From Lama glama (Eukaryota), in NCBI GenBank assembly GCA_028534125.1, contig CM052816.1:4032001-4096000 (forward strand): 64,000 nucleotides of DNA, written 5' to 3'. The notes below the pieces were generated by a model. The model saw nothing but the letters and a program-made list of their open reading frames with translations. It was not told the DNA's origin and searched no databases. This document shows, piece after piece, positions 25,661 to 39,800 of this stretch. Position numbers and translations under genes: made by a program. The first letter of the stretch is position 1. Every line of letters begins with the position of its first letter.

Positions 25661-26247
25661 GACTTAAATATGTGAAATTCTTCAGCCATTTCGGTATTCT
25701 ATGGTCGGGTTTAGTCCCACAGAAATAAGATATGTATTGGATTCATAATTATATCTAGTGTTGCAGACATAATCTTTATATTTCTAGCATTTGAGATAAT
25801 TACTAACTTTTGTTCCTTTCCCACATAATCTAACACAAGTATTGACTGGCTTAAAGCCAAGTATCCACTAGAGGTGAACAATACATCTCCTTCCATTTTT
25901 ATGAGCTCCAAGTTTTCCACAAATTATATTAAATTTATGAGAAATGAGTTTTGTATTCAGTATCAACTCTTACTTTTGTTTTCCTTCATTTTTATAAACT
26001 GAAGACTAAATGCCTGTAATATTAAAACAGCTGTACAAATCATGATGAGCAAAGACTGTGGTACTAAAAAGACTGACCAGTTAGCTAGTAGGCAGCATCA
26101 TGAACTATAGTCTGAAATGTCTGTACCTGCAGATGCATAGGGTCTACATTTGGTTTGTGAAAGGTAGATTGGAGTCTTCTATGTAATCTTCAAGCAGAGG
26201 ATGAAAACTGGATGAAAAAGCTGAGAATTAACTTTACACTGAGCAAA

Positions 26248-26868
26248 CCAGTCAGGGTCTGTCAGTTCTTTTTAACGAACAGAATTTATTCCATGGAAAT
26301 GGTTCACGCGATGCAGAAGCACTGGAAAGGCAAAGGGAAACGTCTCACAATGGCAGTAACTATACTAAGCAACTACCGCCCCAAGGCTGGGGTAACAAAG
26401 GAATGAAAGCGCAATGATCAGAACCGAGACGCTTCAAGGAAACTCGGGATCTAGGACCTAGAATTCTGAGGGAGGGCCCTCCTGATTTGGTGCTAGCGCC
26501 TTCAGAGGTCAGAGGGAGGCTCTAGAAAGCTGAAACCCACAGCCTTCAGGAAAGAGTGCATAAGTTTCATTCTGAGAGTGTGGGAATAATATGGAATCTA
26601 ATACCAACCGACAGAGAAATCAACTGCTGCCCTATTAATAGAGCCCTTGGTAAAATGCAGTTGATGGAATAACGAGGAAAGAGAAAACAATTCCCTTTAC
26701 CAGTTCACCACGTTCCAATTTTCCTCTTATTCTCCTAGCTGGCAGGACCTACCAGGTAACCAATAGCAAGAGAGGATTATGGTTTGCCCAGTTCCAGCCA
26801 CAGCACCACAAAGCAAGGTACAGAAGAGTAGGTTTGGAGGTGAGTGACAAGACCTTAATACAAAGCAT
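26248..26868. mobile_element. Ancient LTR relic (LTR78-like, family uncertain)
   Basis: Starts CAGTCAGGGTC...AACAGAATTTATT and ends CAGCACCACAAAGCAAGGTACAGAAGAGTAGGTTTGGAGGTGAGTGACAAGACCTTAATA, resembling a recalled ancient eutherian LTR. Confidence 0.45.
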
Positions 26869-27524
26869 ATGTATATATATTCACAGGGGAAAAAACAGCA
26901 TACACACCAACACATTAACAGTGGTTACTACTGGATGGTGAGGGAAGATTATGAATGATTCTCTTGGCACTTTCCTTCACTTTCCAATTCTACAAAAAGA
27001 ATGTCATAAAAGTTTTCTAACAATATACAAAAAAGCCACTTCTGATTAAAAGAATGTTGAATGATATCATATAACATTTGGATGTAAAAGGCTTTGGTAT
27101 ATTTGAGGGGTTTTTTAGAATAAAATTTCTCATTTGCACTAATTCCCCTAATGACATCAAGAATAAAATGCAAACTTCTGTTTACCCAGCTAAACAATGA
27201 TTAATGCTCAGCATATGGAAGCATACAGAAAGACTAATGAATAGTTTTTTCTGTTTGAACGTGAAAATGGCTTTGTGAAATTGCTATCACAGGGTTTAAA
27301 TGAAGTTACTAGATCAAAACCAAATATTAATCATCTGGTTAATAATTTTGGAAACATCATTTACAATGAGAATAGGGTAAATAGTTATTAGAGAAATAAA
27401 CATTCCCTAAAGAACATTAAAATTTAGCAGTAATGGAGTGTCTTAATCTGTTTCTGCAGCTTGGTTCAGTTTTCTCTATAACTTGATGACAGCAATCATC
27501 ACCATTACCAATACCACTTCCACC

Positions 27525-27725
27525 ACCAGCACAGTTATTATTCATTGAGCACATGCTATGTAATCAATATGTGTTAGACAATTATCTGATTTTACTCCTC
27601 ACAACAAGCCTATGGGATTTCTGCTGTCATTTCCACTTTTAGGTTTAGGAAATTGAGCCACAAATGATTTAACTACCTGGCCCAAGTGTACACAAACAGT
27701 AAAGGCAGGACCAGGACTTCAAAGG
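27525..27725 (-). mobile_element. MIR SINE
   Basis: CATTGAGCACATGCTATG...TCCTCACAACAAGCCTATG...AGGAAATTGAGCCACA...CCTGGCCCAAG. Confidence 0.8.
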
Positions 27726-28159
27726 GGCTTAATTTCTTCAGGGTATTATATTAATATAATATTATAATATTATCAATCAATTTAAAGTATTATATTCCTC
27801 ATAAATTTAAATCACATTATAATATGCATCACATTAAGGCATTGTATTAAACAATTCAGATTCTAATTATTTATTTTGCCATTATGTTACTTCACTGGTA
27901 GTTTATATATGTAAAATAGTTTAAATTCCTAAAATAGAATGTATTATCTTTCATTGTTCCCAACCTCCATGTATTTTATTTAAATTACAGTATGGTTAGT
28001 AATTTCCCAACAATAATAAAAATAGGGGAGTTTCATGTATTAAATCTATCCTTCTACAGAGAGTATTGAATGCCCAAATAATTTACTTCAAATGACTATG
28101 TACTTAAAATTTTAAATCTTCACATGTTCAGGGAAATTTCTGTCCTTATAAGCAAACTG

Positions 28160-30730
28160 ACTTCAACAAAACATTAAAAAAATCTTACAGCGTGATCAAG
28201 TGGGATTTATTCTGGGGATGCAAGGATGTTTCAACATTTGCAAATAAATCAATATAATGCAACATATTAACAAAATGAAGGGTAAAATCATATGATTATC
28301 TCAATAGATGCAGAAAAAACATTTGACAAAATTCAACATTCATTTATGATAAAAACACACAACAAAGTGAGTATAAAGGAAACGTACTTCAACATAATAA
28401 AGGCCATGTATGACTAGCCCATAGTGAATATCACACTTAATAGTGAAAAGCTAACTGCTTTACCTCTACCGTCAGGAACAGTATAAGGATGTCTACTCTT
28501 GTCACTTTTATTCAATAGTGTACTGTAAGTCCCAACCAGAGAAATTACCCAAAAAAAAAAGAAATAAAAGGCATTCAGATTAGAATGGAAGAAGTAAAAC
28601 TATCACTATTTGCAGATGACACGATATGACACATAGAAAACCCTAACAACTCCACCAGAACACTTAAAGAAACAATAAATGATTTCACTAAAGTTGCAAG
28701 ATACAAAAATCAATATACAAAAGCCAACTGCATTTTTATACTTTAATAATGATCAGAAAGAGAAATCAAGAAAACGATCCCATTTATAATTGCATAAAAA
28801 TAATAAAATATCTAGATGTAAATTTAAAATTAAGGAGGTGAACAACTTACACATTAAAAACTGTAAGGGATTAATTTTTTAAAAATCATGGAAGACACAT
28901 ACAAATGGGAAGATATTTTGTTCTCATGGATCAAAAGAACTAATATTGTCAAAATGTACATAATACCAACAATCACAGATTCAATGCAATCCCTAATGCA
29001 AATCCAATGACATTTATCACAGAAAAAGAACAATCTTAAAATTCCTATGGAAACAAAAAAGACTCCAGATAGCCAAAGTAATCTTGGCAAACAACAACAA
29101 AGCTAGAGGCATCATACTTCCTGGTTTCAAACTATCTTATGAAGCTCTAGTAATCAAAACACTGTTATATTGGCATAAAAACAGACACATACATCAATGG
29201 AACAAAATAGAGAACATCCAAATAAACCAATGCATACGTGGTCAATGATTTAATATAAAGAAGCCAAGTATATGCAATAGGTAAGGATAGTCTCCTCAAT
29301 AAATGGTGCTGAGAAAACTGGGCAGCCACCAGCAAAAGAATGAAACTCGACCACTATCATACACTGTACATGGAAATCAACTCAACGCACATTAGAGATT
29401 TGAATCTAAGACATGAAACCATAAAACTGAGTGAAAACACAGCACGTTAGTTACTCGACATTAGTCTTGGTGGTGATTTGTTTGATCTGATACCAAAAGC
29501 AAAAATAAACAAGTGGGACTGTATCAAGCAAAGAAGCACCTCCACAGTAAAGGAAACCATCAACAAAATAAAAGGCCAGCTTATGGAATGGGAGAACGTA
29601 TTTGCAAACCACGTATTTCATAAGGGGTTAACATCCAAAATATACAAGGAACCCATACAACTCAACATCACAAAACCAAATAACCCAGTTGAAAAACAGG
29701 CAAAAGACCTGAACAGACATTTTTGAAAAGATGATATAGAAATGACCAACATGAAAAATTTTTCAACATCACTAATCATGAAGAAAATGCAAATCAAGAC
29801 CAAACTGAGTTATCACATTTATTCAGATATCTTGCAACAAAAAGACGAGATTAAAAATGCTTGTTAGGATGTGGAAAAAAAGTGAGCACTTGTATACTTT
29901 GGTGGGAATGTAAATTGGTGCAGCACTGGAGGTTCCCCAATAAATTAAAACTAGAACGACCATATTATCCAGCAGTCTCACTTCTGGATATATATCCCAA
30001 AGGAACAAAATCACTATGTCAAAGGGCTATCTGCTCTCCCACATGCATTTCAGTATTATTCACAATAGTTCAATTATGGAAATAAACTTGGTGTTTGTTA
30101 ACAGATGAACAGAAAGAAAACTGATAAACACATACATATATAATAAATGTATATGTATATATATGTATTCCACCTAATGGAAATATTATTTAATCTTTAA
30201 AAAGAAGAAAACTTTGCCATTTGATATTTGCAACAACATGGATGAAACTGGTAGGCATTATGTGAAGTGAAATAAGCCAGAGAAGGACAAACATAGCATG
30301 GTAACACTGATACGTGGAATCTAAAGAAATTTAAAACAAAAATCGAACCATAGAAACAGAGTAGAATGATGGTTTTCCAGGGCAGGGGGGTGAAGGAAAT
30401 AGGGAGAGGCTAGTAAGGGGTACAAACTTTCTATAAGTAAGTTCTGAGCATCTAATGTAAAATATGTAATTAAAGTTGATAACACTATAAGTGAAATTTT
30501 CTAAAAGTGTAGAATTTAAATACTCTCACCAAAATAGGGAAAGATTTGTGTACATGTATATACACGTTTATTTATGTGTACATATATATAAGTATATATA
30601 GAGAAAGACAGATGTTAATTATTTCAACGTTGGGAATTCTTTCACAATGTATCACATCATCCCATGTACTCTAAATATATTACAGTTTCATTTGTCAATT
30701 ATAACTCAATAAAGCCGAAAAGAAATAAAA
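28160..30730 (+). mobile_element. LINE-1, about 2.6 kb, from the reverse transcriptase region through the 3' UTR (decayed)
   Basis: GATCAAGTGGGATTTATTCTGGGGATGCAAGGA (DQVGFI.GMQG), GATGCAGAAAAAACATTTGACAAAATTCAACAT (DAEK.FDKIQH) and CTATTTGCAGATGAC (LFADD, RT catalytic motif, about 28606-28620). Many stops and frameshifts. Ends CTCAATAAAGC plus an A-rich tail. Confidence 0.95.
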
Positions 30731-31418
30731 TCAATGTGCAACACACTGCTCCAGAAAAGCACTCTGGATTAATCTGAATAAGTATAAAAGATAAAGCTTC
30801 TTAGTTGTTCAGACCGAAGAATGAGGTCCCTTCTTTGTGGGCAAAGGACTGGATCTCCTCAAAAGGGAGTGAACATTTTGGCATGTCTTTGGTAAAAAGA
30901 GTATCCTGTGATAAGGCTTGGAAATCCAGCCTTACACTAGTGGTCAAGGGGAGCCATCATTTTTTCTCTCTCTGAACTGTCCTCTATTATGTCTGGCCTG
31001 TAAGGGGGACAGACATACTGGGTGGGCAGCAAGAGTGTGTTTTTTTTTTGCCACACAGAAGCAAGAAGGGAGCTATGCATCCCATGGAGGTCACTAGACT
31101 GAAGACGCATATACTAGCTTGTGAGCCAGAGGATCCATTTTTACAAAATACCACAGAAAACTGAAGAAGAGAGTAACATCTAGCTTAATTGATCAACTGT
31201 GGACTGAGCTGTGCCACAGGGAAAGCATGGAGAAGCCACATGTTCCTGAATGGCTAGCGTAATGAGACGGTGATAATAATGGTGACTTGGAAAGGTCCTT
31301 AGAAAAAGATTCTTTAAGCACAAAACTACAGTTGCCCTTCTTCATGAACGTGCTTAAAGAATCAGGCTTTGACTATATTTAGAAAACAAGTTCATTCTGT
31401 TGATTAAATTGTGTGAGA

Positions 31419-31703
31419 CAGGGATCAACAAACTACTGCCCAAGAGCTAAGAGCAGCTCTTACATTTCTAAATGGTTAAAACAGTCAAATGACGAAGAGT
31501 ATTTTGTGACATGGAAATTACATGAAAAATAAAATTTCAGTGTCCATAAATCACATTTACTGGAATACATCTATTGTCATTAGTTTACGTGTATTGCACA
31601 GTCATTTTTATAATGACAGTGCAGCAATGATGGAGCCAACATGGCCACAAAGTCTAAAACATTTACTACTGGACCCATCACAGAAGAAGTCTGTCAACCA
31701 CTG
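31419..31703. mobile_element. MER58B-like hAT-Charlie element
   Basis: Terminal inverted repeats CAGGGATCAACAAACT...AGTCTGTCAACCACTG. Internal AAATTTCAGTGTCCATAAAT...CTAAAACATTTACTACTGG. Confidence 0.8.
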
Positions 31704-32961
31704 ACAGCACAGATGACCAATAAAGCTCCTTAAAGGTATGTGTCCATTATTAGTGTTTCCTGATTGACTGTGCTAAAATTTCACAAACAAATAAAATTTC
31801 ACAAATCGTCTCTAGGGTATCTATTAAGTATTCAAATGCATGACCGTCAGATTATAAAATCATTCCTTTTTGAAGAAACTGCCCCAGAGTGATTAAATAA
31901 GGACCCTCACTATCTCTCTTAAGTTTCCCTTTTCTTGCAGAATAGGAACCCACTGAAAAATGGAGGAAAAGTGGAGATAGTTATTGTTTTTTCTTCCTTG
32001 GATCATTAAGTCACTTTCTACAATTTATATACTCTGACAACTTCCTCAGTCATTATAATTCACCTCTGAATTATATTAAAGCATATAATTTTATTTTTAC
32101 AGTTTCCTGAAGGAGAGACAGATGGAACTTAACCAGGGAACACCAAACCCATCTGTTGGGGGCTGATTGCCAGTCAGGCTCTCCTGCAGCTAAGCTGTGA
32201 AAGTGACTGGCTGGTTCCCAGTGAGCCCCAAGACCCACTGGTTGCTTCCCACTGAGCTGTGATCCTGATTGACAGCTTCACTGTCTCTCTCCTTGAGCTC
32301 CGCCTGTGGTTTCTCGCCTTTAGCAGTGTACCAGTAGAGTCACTAAGAGTAGAAATGAAAGAGCCATGAGCCATAACTCAAAGTTTTGTTTCCTTTGGGT
32401 TCTCTCAACAAAATAAGTGGAAGGAAGGGAATCCTAGCAATAAGGAAAGCAGAGAACCAGACATGTAAAACAAATGATTAGGCACATAAAATTAATGTCC
32501 TATAAACTGTAGGTTTTACACCCAACCCAATAACATAGCTAACATACTTTAAACCATAACTTAGAGGCTCAGGAAGAGGATGTCCTAGACTCTAGATACA
32601 AACATGTATTTATATGATGAACATAAATGTCACTACTATTCATTCACCTTCTGTGACTTTGATACAGATAAATCCATGTATCAGTGCTCAGTTAATCATT
32701 AGTACATTGAGTCATAAAAATCTAGAACCTGTTCTCAGGAAACTGGTATTATACCCGGCTGTCTTCAAGAGCCCAGCTTTGGGATATTCATATCAGTACC
32801 CTGATTATCTTCCCTTCTGTCATCTCTATAAGGTACAATTTGAGTTACTGCACTATGAATCAATCGGGTGATGCTGAGTTACTGTCCTGAACATCATCAA
32901 CTCTACAAAACTAAGATCCTATCACTTAGCTCCCAACTATTAAATAAAATTAATTCACCTT

Positions 32962-34711
32962 CGTTAACCAAGGAGGTAAAAGACTTGAACGATGAAAACT
33001 ACAAAACATTGTTTAAATAAATTAAAGAAACTTAAATAAATGGAAACAAACTCATGTTCATGGATTTGATGACTTAATACTATAAAGATACCAATACTAC
33101 CTAAGGCAATCTACAGATCTAACTTAATTCTTATCAAAATCTCATTGACCATTTTTGCAAAAATAGAAAAACCCATCGCAAAATTCATATGTAATCTCAA
33201 AGGACCCCAAATAGCCAAAACAACATTGAAAAAGAAGGTCAAAGCAGAAAACTCATGCTTCGTGATTTCAAACTTACTATAAAGCTACAGTAATTAAAAT
33301 AAAGTGGTACTAGGGTGAAAATAGACATTCAGACCAATGGAATATAACAGAGTCCAGAAATAAACTCTCACATATAGTCAAATGATTTTTAACAAGGGTG
33401 CCATGATCATTTCTTGGAGAAATGATAGTCCTTTTAACAAACGGTGCTGGAAATACCAGATATTCACACACAAAAGAACAAACTTGGATCCTTAATTGAC
33501 ACTATATGCAATAATTAACTCAAAATGGATCAAAGACCTAAATGTAAGACCAAAAATTGTAAAACTCTTAGGAAAAAACATATGGCAAAAGGATTCATAA
33601 CATTAGATTCAGCAACGATTTCTTAAATATGATATCAAGGGCACATGCAAGAAAAGAAAAAATAGAGAAATTAGGTTTCATGAAAATTAAAAATTTTGTG
33701 CATAGACACTATCAACAGAATACGTGAACCACAGAATGGAAGAAAATATTTGCAAATAGCATCTTATAAGGGATTAATATCTAGAATATTTAGGTAACTC
33801 CTAAAACTCAACAATAACCAAAAATAAACACCCAATTCAAAAATGGGTAAAGGACTTCAACAGACATTTCTCCAAAGAAGACACACAAATGCCCAATTTA
33901 CACATGGAAAGAGGCTTAACACCACTATTCGTTAGGACAATACAAATCAAAACTACAGTGAGATATGACATTATACCACTGAGATAGCTACTACTTAAAA
34001 TAAAAACAAAAAACAAAAAGCAAAATAAAAGTGTGGGAGATGACACGGAGAAACTGAAACATTTGTGCATGGTTGGTGGGAACATAATAATGGTATGCAT
34101 ACTGCAGAAAACAGTATGACACCTGTCTCAAATAATAAAAATAGAATTACCATATCCAGAAATTCCACTTCTGGGTATGTATACCACAAAATGACCGAAA
34201 GCAGGGCTTCAAAGAAATATCTGTACACTCACGCTCATAAGAGCATTATTCATAATAGTAAGAACATGGAGGCAACCCAAGTGTCTACTCAGAGATGAGT
34301 AGATAAGTTCATGTGGTATATACATAGAGTGGAGGATTACTCAGTCACGGAAAGGAAGAAAATTCTAGCATGCATTACAGTCTAGATGAACTTGAGGACA
34401 TTATGAAATAAATCAGTAACAACAGACCGAATATTGCAGGATTCCACTTATCTGAGGTAGTTAGAACAGTCCATAGGATGGAGCTAGAAAGCAACATGGT
34501 GCTTACCAGGGACTGGGGGGAGGGGAGGATGGGGAGTTACTATTTAAGGAGTACAGAGTTTCAGTTTTACAAGGTTAAAACAGTTCTGCTGATGGATTAC
34601 ACTGATGGATACACACCACTGTGGATGCATTTAATAGCACTGAACTTAGAAATAATTAAGATGGCACATTTATGTTATGTATATTTTACCATGATTAAAA
34701 AAAATCAGAAA
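32962..34711 (+). mobile_element. LINE-1 (L1MB-like), about 1.75 kb, with 16-bp TSD
   Basis: ORF2 3' text and 3' UTR flanked by AAAATTAATTCACCTT (32946-32961) and AAAATGCATTCACCTT (34712-34727). Confidence 0.92.
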
Positions 34712-35014
34712 AAAATGCATTCACCTTTTGACATGCCCATCTAATTCACAAGAATATTGTGAAACTCAGTGATCCTTTATTCTTTGTATATGAAAAGTAT
34801 AAAAATCATATATATTCAAAGTGGTATCCTGTATTTAAAGAAACATTTTTCAAAAGCTAACTCTATTAAGTTTTAAATTATAAAGACGGTGATAGCAGGT
34901 AACCACTCTGATGGATTTAAGTTGGCACAATTGACAAATTGTTAAGAGCTGGTCTGAGCCCTCTTTTAAAACAGAGCAGCTTAAAGTGGAAACTATGACC
35001 TTTATCCCACTTTC

Positions 35015-35205
35015 CCTTTTTTCCATAGGACACATCACCTTCTAACATAACACGATTTTCTTAGTATCTATGTTTATTTTTTGTCTCTTCTGTGAAGCAC
35101 CACAAGAGTAATTATCTTTGTCTATTGTGTTTACTTATACTTGCCAAGCACCTAGAATAATGCAGGCATATCATAAGTTTAACTGAAGATATTATTGCCT
35201 TGGAT
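35015..35205 (+). mobile_element. L2 3' end
   Basis: CATCACCTTCTAACATA...CCAAGCACCTAGAATAATGCAGGCATATCATAAG. Confidence 0.65.
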
Positions 35206-36759
35206 GATTTTTATCTACCCTAGATAGTAGATAAGTAGATAGTAGATATTTAAGTAGATAGCAATAAATTACAGATGGTAAAACATAAAACATTTCCCTT
35301 CACTCAAGCCCCCATAATCCTATTTCCTTCCAAAGTGCTATTTCCAGGCACATGCTTTTTGGGGGAGATCTGTCTGAAACACATGGTGGATGGCTCACCA
35401 GTTCGTGAATTATTTAATGAATATTTATTGAGCACCTACTATGTGCTAAGCTTTCTCTCGATGATTTCCTTGACCGCATTTTCTCTGGCTAGCCTGAGTA
35501 TGAACCCCTAGCTCACTATAACCAATGGGGCCGACTTCTATCTCCAGGTCCGTGTGATCACTTGGATAAGACAACTGAACTAGTCAGACCTCGCAGCGCT
35601 GCCCAAGCCCATCTCCATGCCAGGTAACAGACTGCAGCAGCAAGTCAGAATGCAGGTCTTTGATAAACACCAGAGAGGGAAACACGTAGGCGTACCCAGT
35701 GTCAGTATCTTTCAAAAGAAACCTGGTTGCTGCTTAATGCTGCATAACCATTGCATGAGAAAAGTCCATCCCAGTGCTCCCAGCCAACAGACTCCGTGGC
35801 CTTTCACTGTGGCTCGTTTACTTAATGTAGTATTCAAAGAAATTGCTTTCATAAGGAGCCTTAAGATACCCTGCAGAAAATAACACGCTCTCCTGTTTGT
35901 ACATCAGCAATGGCACAGCACAGAATCTAACCAACTTCGAACCTCCAGTGCATGGTGTCTCCTTTTTATTTATTTATTTATTTTTGGCCTCATTCATTTG
36001 CCTGATTTATTCTTGTCCTTTCCCGCCCTTAGTCTCCTCCACTTTCTGTCTTCAAATGTCTAATTGCCATGTGTTCTGATGGATAAGCCCTTGGCACTGC
36101 TTCCCTGTTTTTAGTAATGGAGGCTCTCTCCTTTTATCACTCCTTTTACAAAAGTGATTTTCTTAATTAAATGATCTTTGCACTCCTCATTTCTAACTCT
36201 CATTTCAAATCTGCTTTGCTAGATGATCAGCAAGGTCCCCTTCCAGTTCGAAAATTCTACGACATCTGTGAGTGACAAATACTAAGGAGATGATAGAATT
36301 TATCACCCTTCCTTAAATTTTTTAGCATTACAGCGCCTTTTCATGTTGGTGATATTTTACAGTCAATTTCCCTTTAGATATTCCTCACATAATCATTTCC
36401 AGTGACTGAGGGTTTTTTAGTTTCAAAAAAAAAAAAACCACAGAACTTCTGTGTCACTGGCAAATACATTCCTGTTAAGGAGTTGTTGAAAGAACTAAAA
36501 ACTTTCGGTGCATCGCATGTTACTGGAGGCAAATGGATGGAAATTAGCCCCTTTCTTCCCGGGTGAACCCACCGCAGACAGTGCCAGGGGCTCCTAGAAC
36601 ACACTCTTGCTGAGGGAGAAAGTAGTTTCAGAATATGGTTACAATCCAGGAGGCTACAGAAAACCACTCCTGATGGATCTGAGTAGGTTCCGGGACCTGA
36701 AGCTCAGAACTAGCCCGAGTCTTCCTTAACAATACAGCATCTCCAGGGATAAGTATGAG

Positions 36760-36995
36760 TTACCAAGTTTATCCTGCTCTACTTTAATTTTTTTTCTGCA
36801 GAACAAATCCTATTCTAACATAATATACAATTTACTTATTCACTGAGTTTGTTATTTTTCTGTCTCTCCTGCTAAAATGTAAGCTTCACAAGGGCAGGGA
36901 TGTCTGCTGTGTTCACTCATGTTAGTCAAGCATTTGGAATAATGTGAAGTACACGGCAGATACTGGGGAAATACATCTAATGAAGGAATGAATGA
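36760..36995 (+). mobile_element. L2 3' end
   Basis: CTAAAATGTAAGCTTCACAAGGGCAGGGATGTCTG...ATGAAGGAATGAATGA. Confidence 0.75.
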
Positions 36996-37159
36996 TTTTT
37001 CCCTCCACCAGCATCAGTATCTGAGAGCCTCTGGGCAAAGTGAACTCAATGAGGCCACCAAGGGTAACATTTAAGGAGGCATTCACAATGCACCAGCATA
37101 CCCGTAAGGAGGCAAGAGGACCCATTAACTATGGCACCCGAGGTATCTTACCCTGTGTC

Positions 37160-37325
37160 CCCTCAAACCCAGCTCTGAGAATTCTCATTGCTCAAAACAC
37201 AGATTTCTCCCTGCACCCTGTCCCTACCAAATCACAATCACTGGACGGAGATGGTAGCCTGGGAATTTCTTTCCTAGTAAGCTACTTAATCAGTCTAACA
37301 AGTAATTTTACTTGAGAATCATCAC
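37160..37325. mobile_element. MER5-like hAT relic
   Basis: AAAACACAGATTTCTCCCTGCACCC...CCTACCAAATCACAATCACTGG...TTGAGAATCATCACT. Confidence 0.55.
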
Positions 37326-37479
37326 TTTCAATTAAGCAGCGTAGCCATGACAGTTCTTTAAGTAAACCATCTCTGGCCAGTTCCTACTTCATCTCATCCA
37401 AGGCCCTTCACGATCTTTCTGCAGCTTAGCTTTCCCCTCTTTTTCCCGACAAAATTCTCATAGTACCTAATGCACAGTG

Positions 37480-37690
37480 TTTTCCTAACCCCAAGCACAG
37501 TTTTAAGAACTTTATGTGATGCACCTAATCGTCATACAACGTCATGTGATAGGCATTATCATTATTTTCATTTACATATGAGGCATCTGTGGCACAGAAA
37601 AGTTAAGTAATTCACCTGAGGTCACACAGCTATAAGCGCAGATTCAGGATTCAAACCCACACAGCCTTGCTTCAGAGACTACATTCTAGA
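37480..37690 (-). mobile_element. MIR SINE
   Basis: CATTTACATATGAGGCATCTGTGGCACAGAAAAGTTAAGTAATTCACCTGAGGTCACACAGCTA...GGATTCAAACCCA. Confidence 0.85.
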
Positions 37691-37806
37691 CGGAATGTTT
37701 TCAACCTTCTACCTCAAAGGAAACTGCTGTCATGCAGGTCCTAGATCCTCTCAGGTTTCTTCTCTTTATTTGGCCATTCTCTTTACCACAAAAGCCTTTC
37801 CAGTCA

Positions 37807-38306
37807 NNNNNNNNNNNNNNNNNNNNNNNNNNNNNNNNNNNNNNNNNNNNNNNNNNNNNNNNNNNNNNNNNNNNNNNNNNNNNNNNNNNNNNNNNNNNNN
37901 NNNNNNNNNNNNNNNNNNNNNNNNNNNNNNNNNNNNNNNNNNNNNNNNNNNNNNNNNNNNNNNNNNNNNNNNNNNNNNNNNNNNNNNNNNNNNNNNNNNN
38001 NNNNNNNNNNNNNNNNNNNNNNNNNNNNNNNNNNNNNNNNNNNNNNNNNNNNNNNNNNNNNNNNNNNNNNNNNNNNNNNNNNNNNNNNNNNNNNNNNNNN
38101 NNNNNNNNNNNNNNNNNNNNNNNNNNNNNNNNNNNNNNNNNNNNNNNNNNNNNNNNNNNNNNNNNNNNNNNNNNNNNNNNNNNNNNNNNNNNNNNNNNNN
38201 NNNNNNNNNNNNNNNNNNNNNNNNNNNNNNNNNNNNNNNNNNNNNNNNNNNNNNNNNNNNNNNNNNNNNNNNNNNNNNNNNNNNNNNNNNNNNNNNNNNN
38301 NNNNNN
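37807..38306. other. Assembly gap of exactly 500 N
   Basis: Seen directly in the sequence. Confidence 1.
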
Positions 38307-39084
38307 TTCTTCATTAGGCCTTGAGATCAGATGTTTCTCAAGTTAGCTGTTTTGATTCCTACTTACAAGGGCTGACGCCCTCAGCGTCCTCCCCCACCAC
38401 CGTATACACACTCACGGCCTCCAGGACAGGCAGAGGGTGCGCAGGAAGGGCTCCTGGTCCGCAGCCCAGTGACTGCTGATTACACGTGTCTGTTTCGTCT
38501 GTTTCTTTCTGCTGAACCTCTGCCCCCTTGAGAGCCCCAGGCTGACTCCTCTATCTCCCAGAGCACCTGGCAGAGAACAGGTGTCTAATAAATCTCTCTT
38601 CTATTGAACTGGCAGTTCCCTTAATCAGGGCAGTCCTGGTTTTCTAATCTGTCAAATGGGGAGAGTGAATCTCTCCATAAGGATTATTAGAATCCACAAA
38701 CGAAATCAGGCGAATTTTTCTTTATTAAGCACACACAAGATGTGCTGGCTTTCTTTAGCTTCAAAAGGTAAAACAAATGTGTTGCAAGCCTTTTGGGGGC
38801 ATGGCCTGACTCCACTTGCCATGGAACACAATTTTGGAGAGGGAAAAGTTGAGGTTTTTTTCTGGGGCTACTTACTCATTCAGAGAGATGACACTCAACA
38901 GAGGAAGAAAATTAAATTCTACATCCACCCAAGGAGTTAATAAGTATTCTAATATGCTCCATCTGATCACAAAAAAGCCATATTGCAAACTGAATTAATA
39001 ATATTGCACTACATGAGTCTAATACTTAAGAGTATTTACTTATTCTAACCAGACAGTCCTGAAAAAATGGTTTCATTTTATCTT

Positions 39085-39290
39085 TGTTACCATTAGATAA
39101 CTGTGTGTGTGCTAGGCACTTTGTTAAATGCTTTCTATGCATGATCTCGCTTGTTCCTCAAAAATCATTCTATTACGTATTTTTCCCCCATTTCCTACGA
39201 CACAGAGAGCTTAACTGACTTGCCCAAGAACATGCAGCTAAGAGATGAAGCTGCTAATCGAGTCCATGCACTTGAGATCTACACGTGACT
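39085..39290 (-). mobile_element. MIR SINE
   Basis: GTGCTAGGCACTTTGTTAAATGCTTT...GAGAGCTTAACTGACTTGCCCAAGAACATGCAGCTA. Confidence 0.75.
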
Positions 39291-39319
39291 GTGTACTTCC
39301 TCCATGAAATCAACCAACA

Positions 39320-39800
39320 TGAGCCATCCATGCATGCATACATCCAACAAAAATCAACCAGCACCAACCACATGTTAAGTCCTGTAGTAGCTGATGGGGA
39401 AAGTAACAAGGAGAAAACAGACAGGGTTCTGCCCTCCCAGAGCTTTAAATCTAGCACAGGATCATAACATGAAACAAGTCATCAAATACATAGACACATA
39501 ATGACCAATTCCAATCAGTGTCAGGAAAGAAAATTAAAGAACACCATGGGAGAGGGTAACTGGGGAACAAAAGTGGATGGTCAGCTGCAGACGAGCAGCC
39601 AGGGGAGGATCCTGGGAAGTGAATCTGGCAGCACAGCTAAGAGGAAACAAGGCAGCAAGGGCCCTGGGAGGGCTGAGATGAGGAGCGCATGTTCCGTTGG
39701 GGCCATATGACTATGGAGACATTGAGCTGGGGAAAAAGCAGGGCCAGAGAATAAGGGAATCAAAAATCAGACATCAGAGGAGAATGGGGAAGAGTTGCGG
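39320..39800 (-). mobile_element. L2 fragment
   Basis: CATCCAACAAAAATCAACCAGCACCAACCACATG...ACAGACAGGGTTCTGCCCTCCCAGAGCTTTAAATCTAG...CAAGGGCCCTGGGAGG. Confidence 0.7.

Noticed and set aside
30760..31410. GC-richer block after the long L1 that might be an LTR or exon
   Set aside because: I could not assign a family, termini or reading frame with any confidence.
37695..38346. Three 182-209 aa ORFs in the track
   Set aside because: They are artefacts of translating through the 500-N gap.
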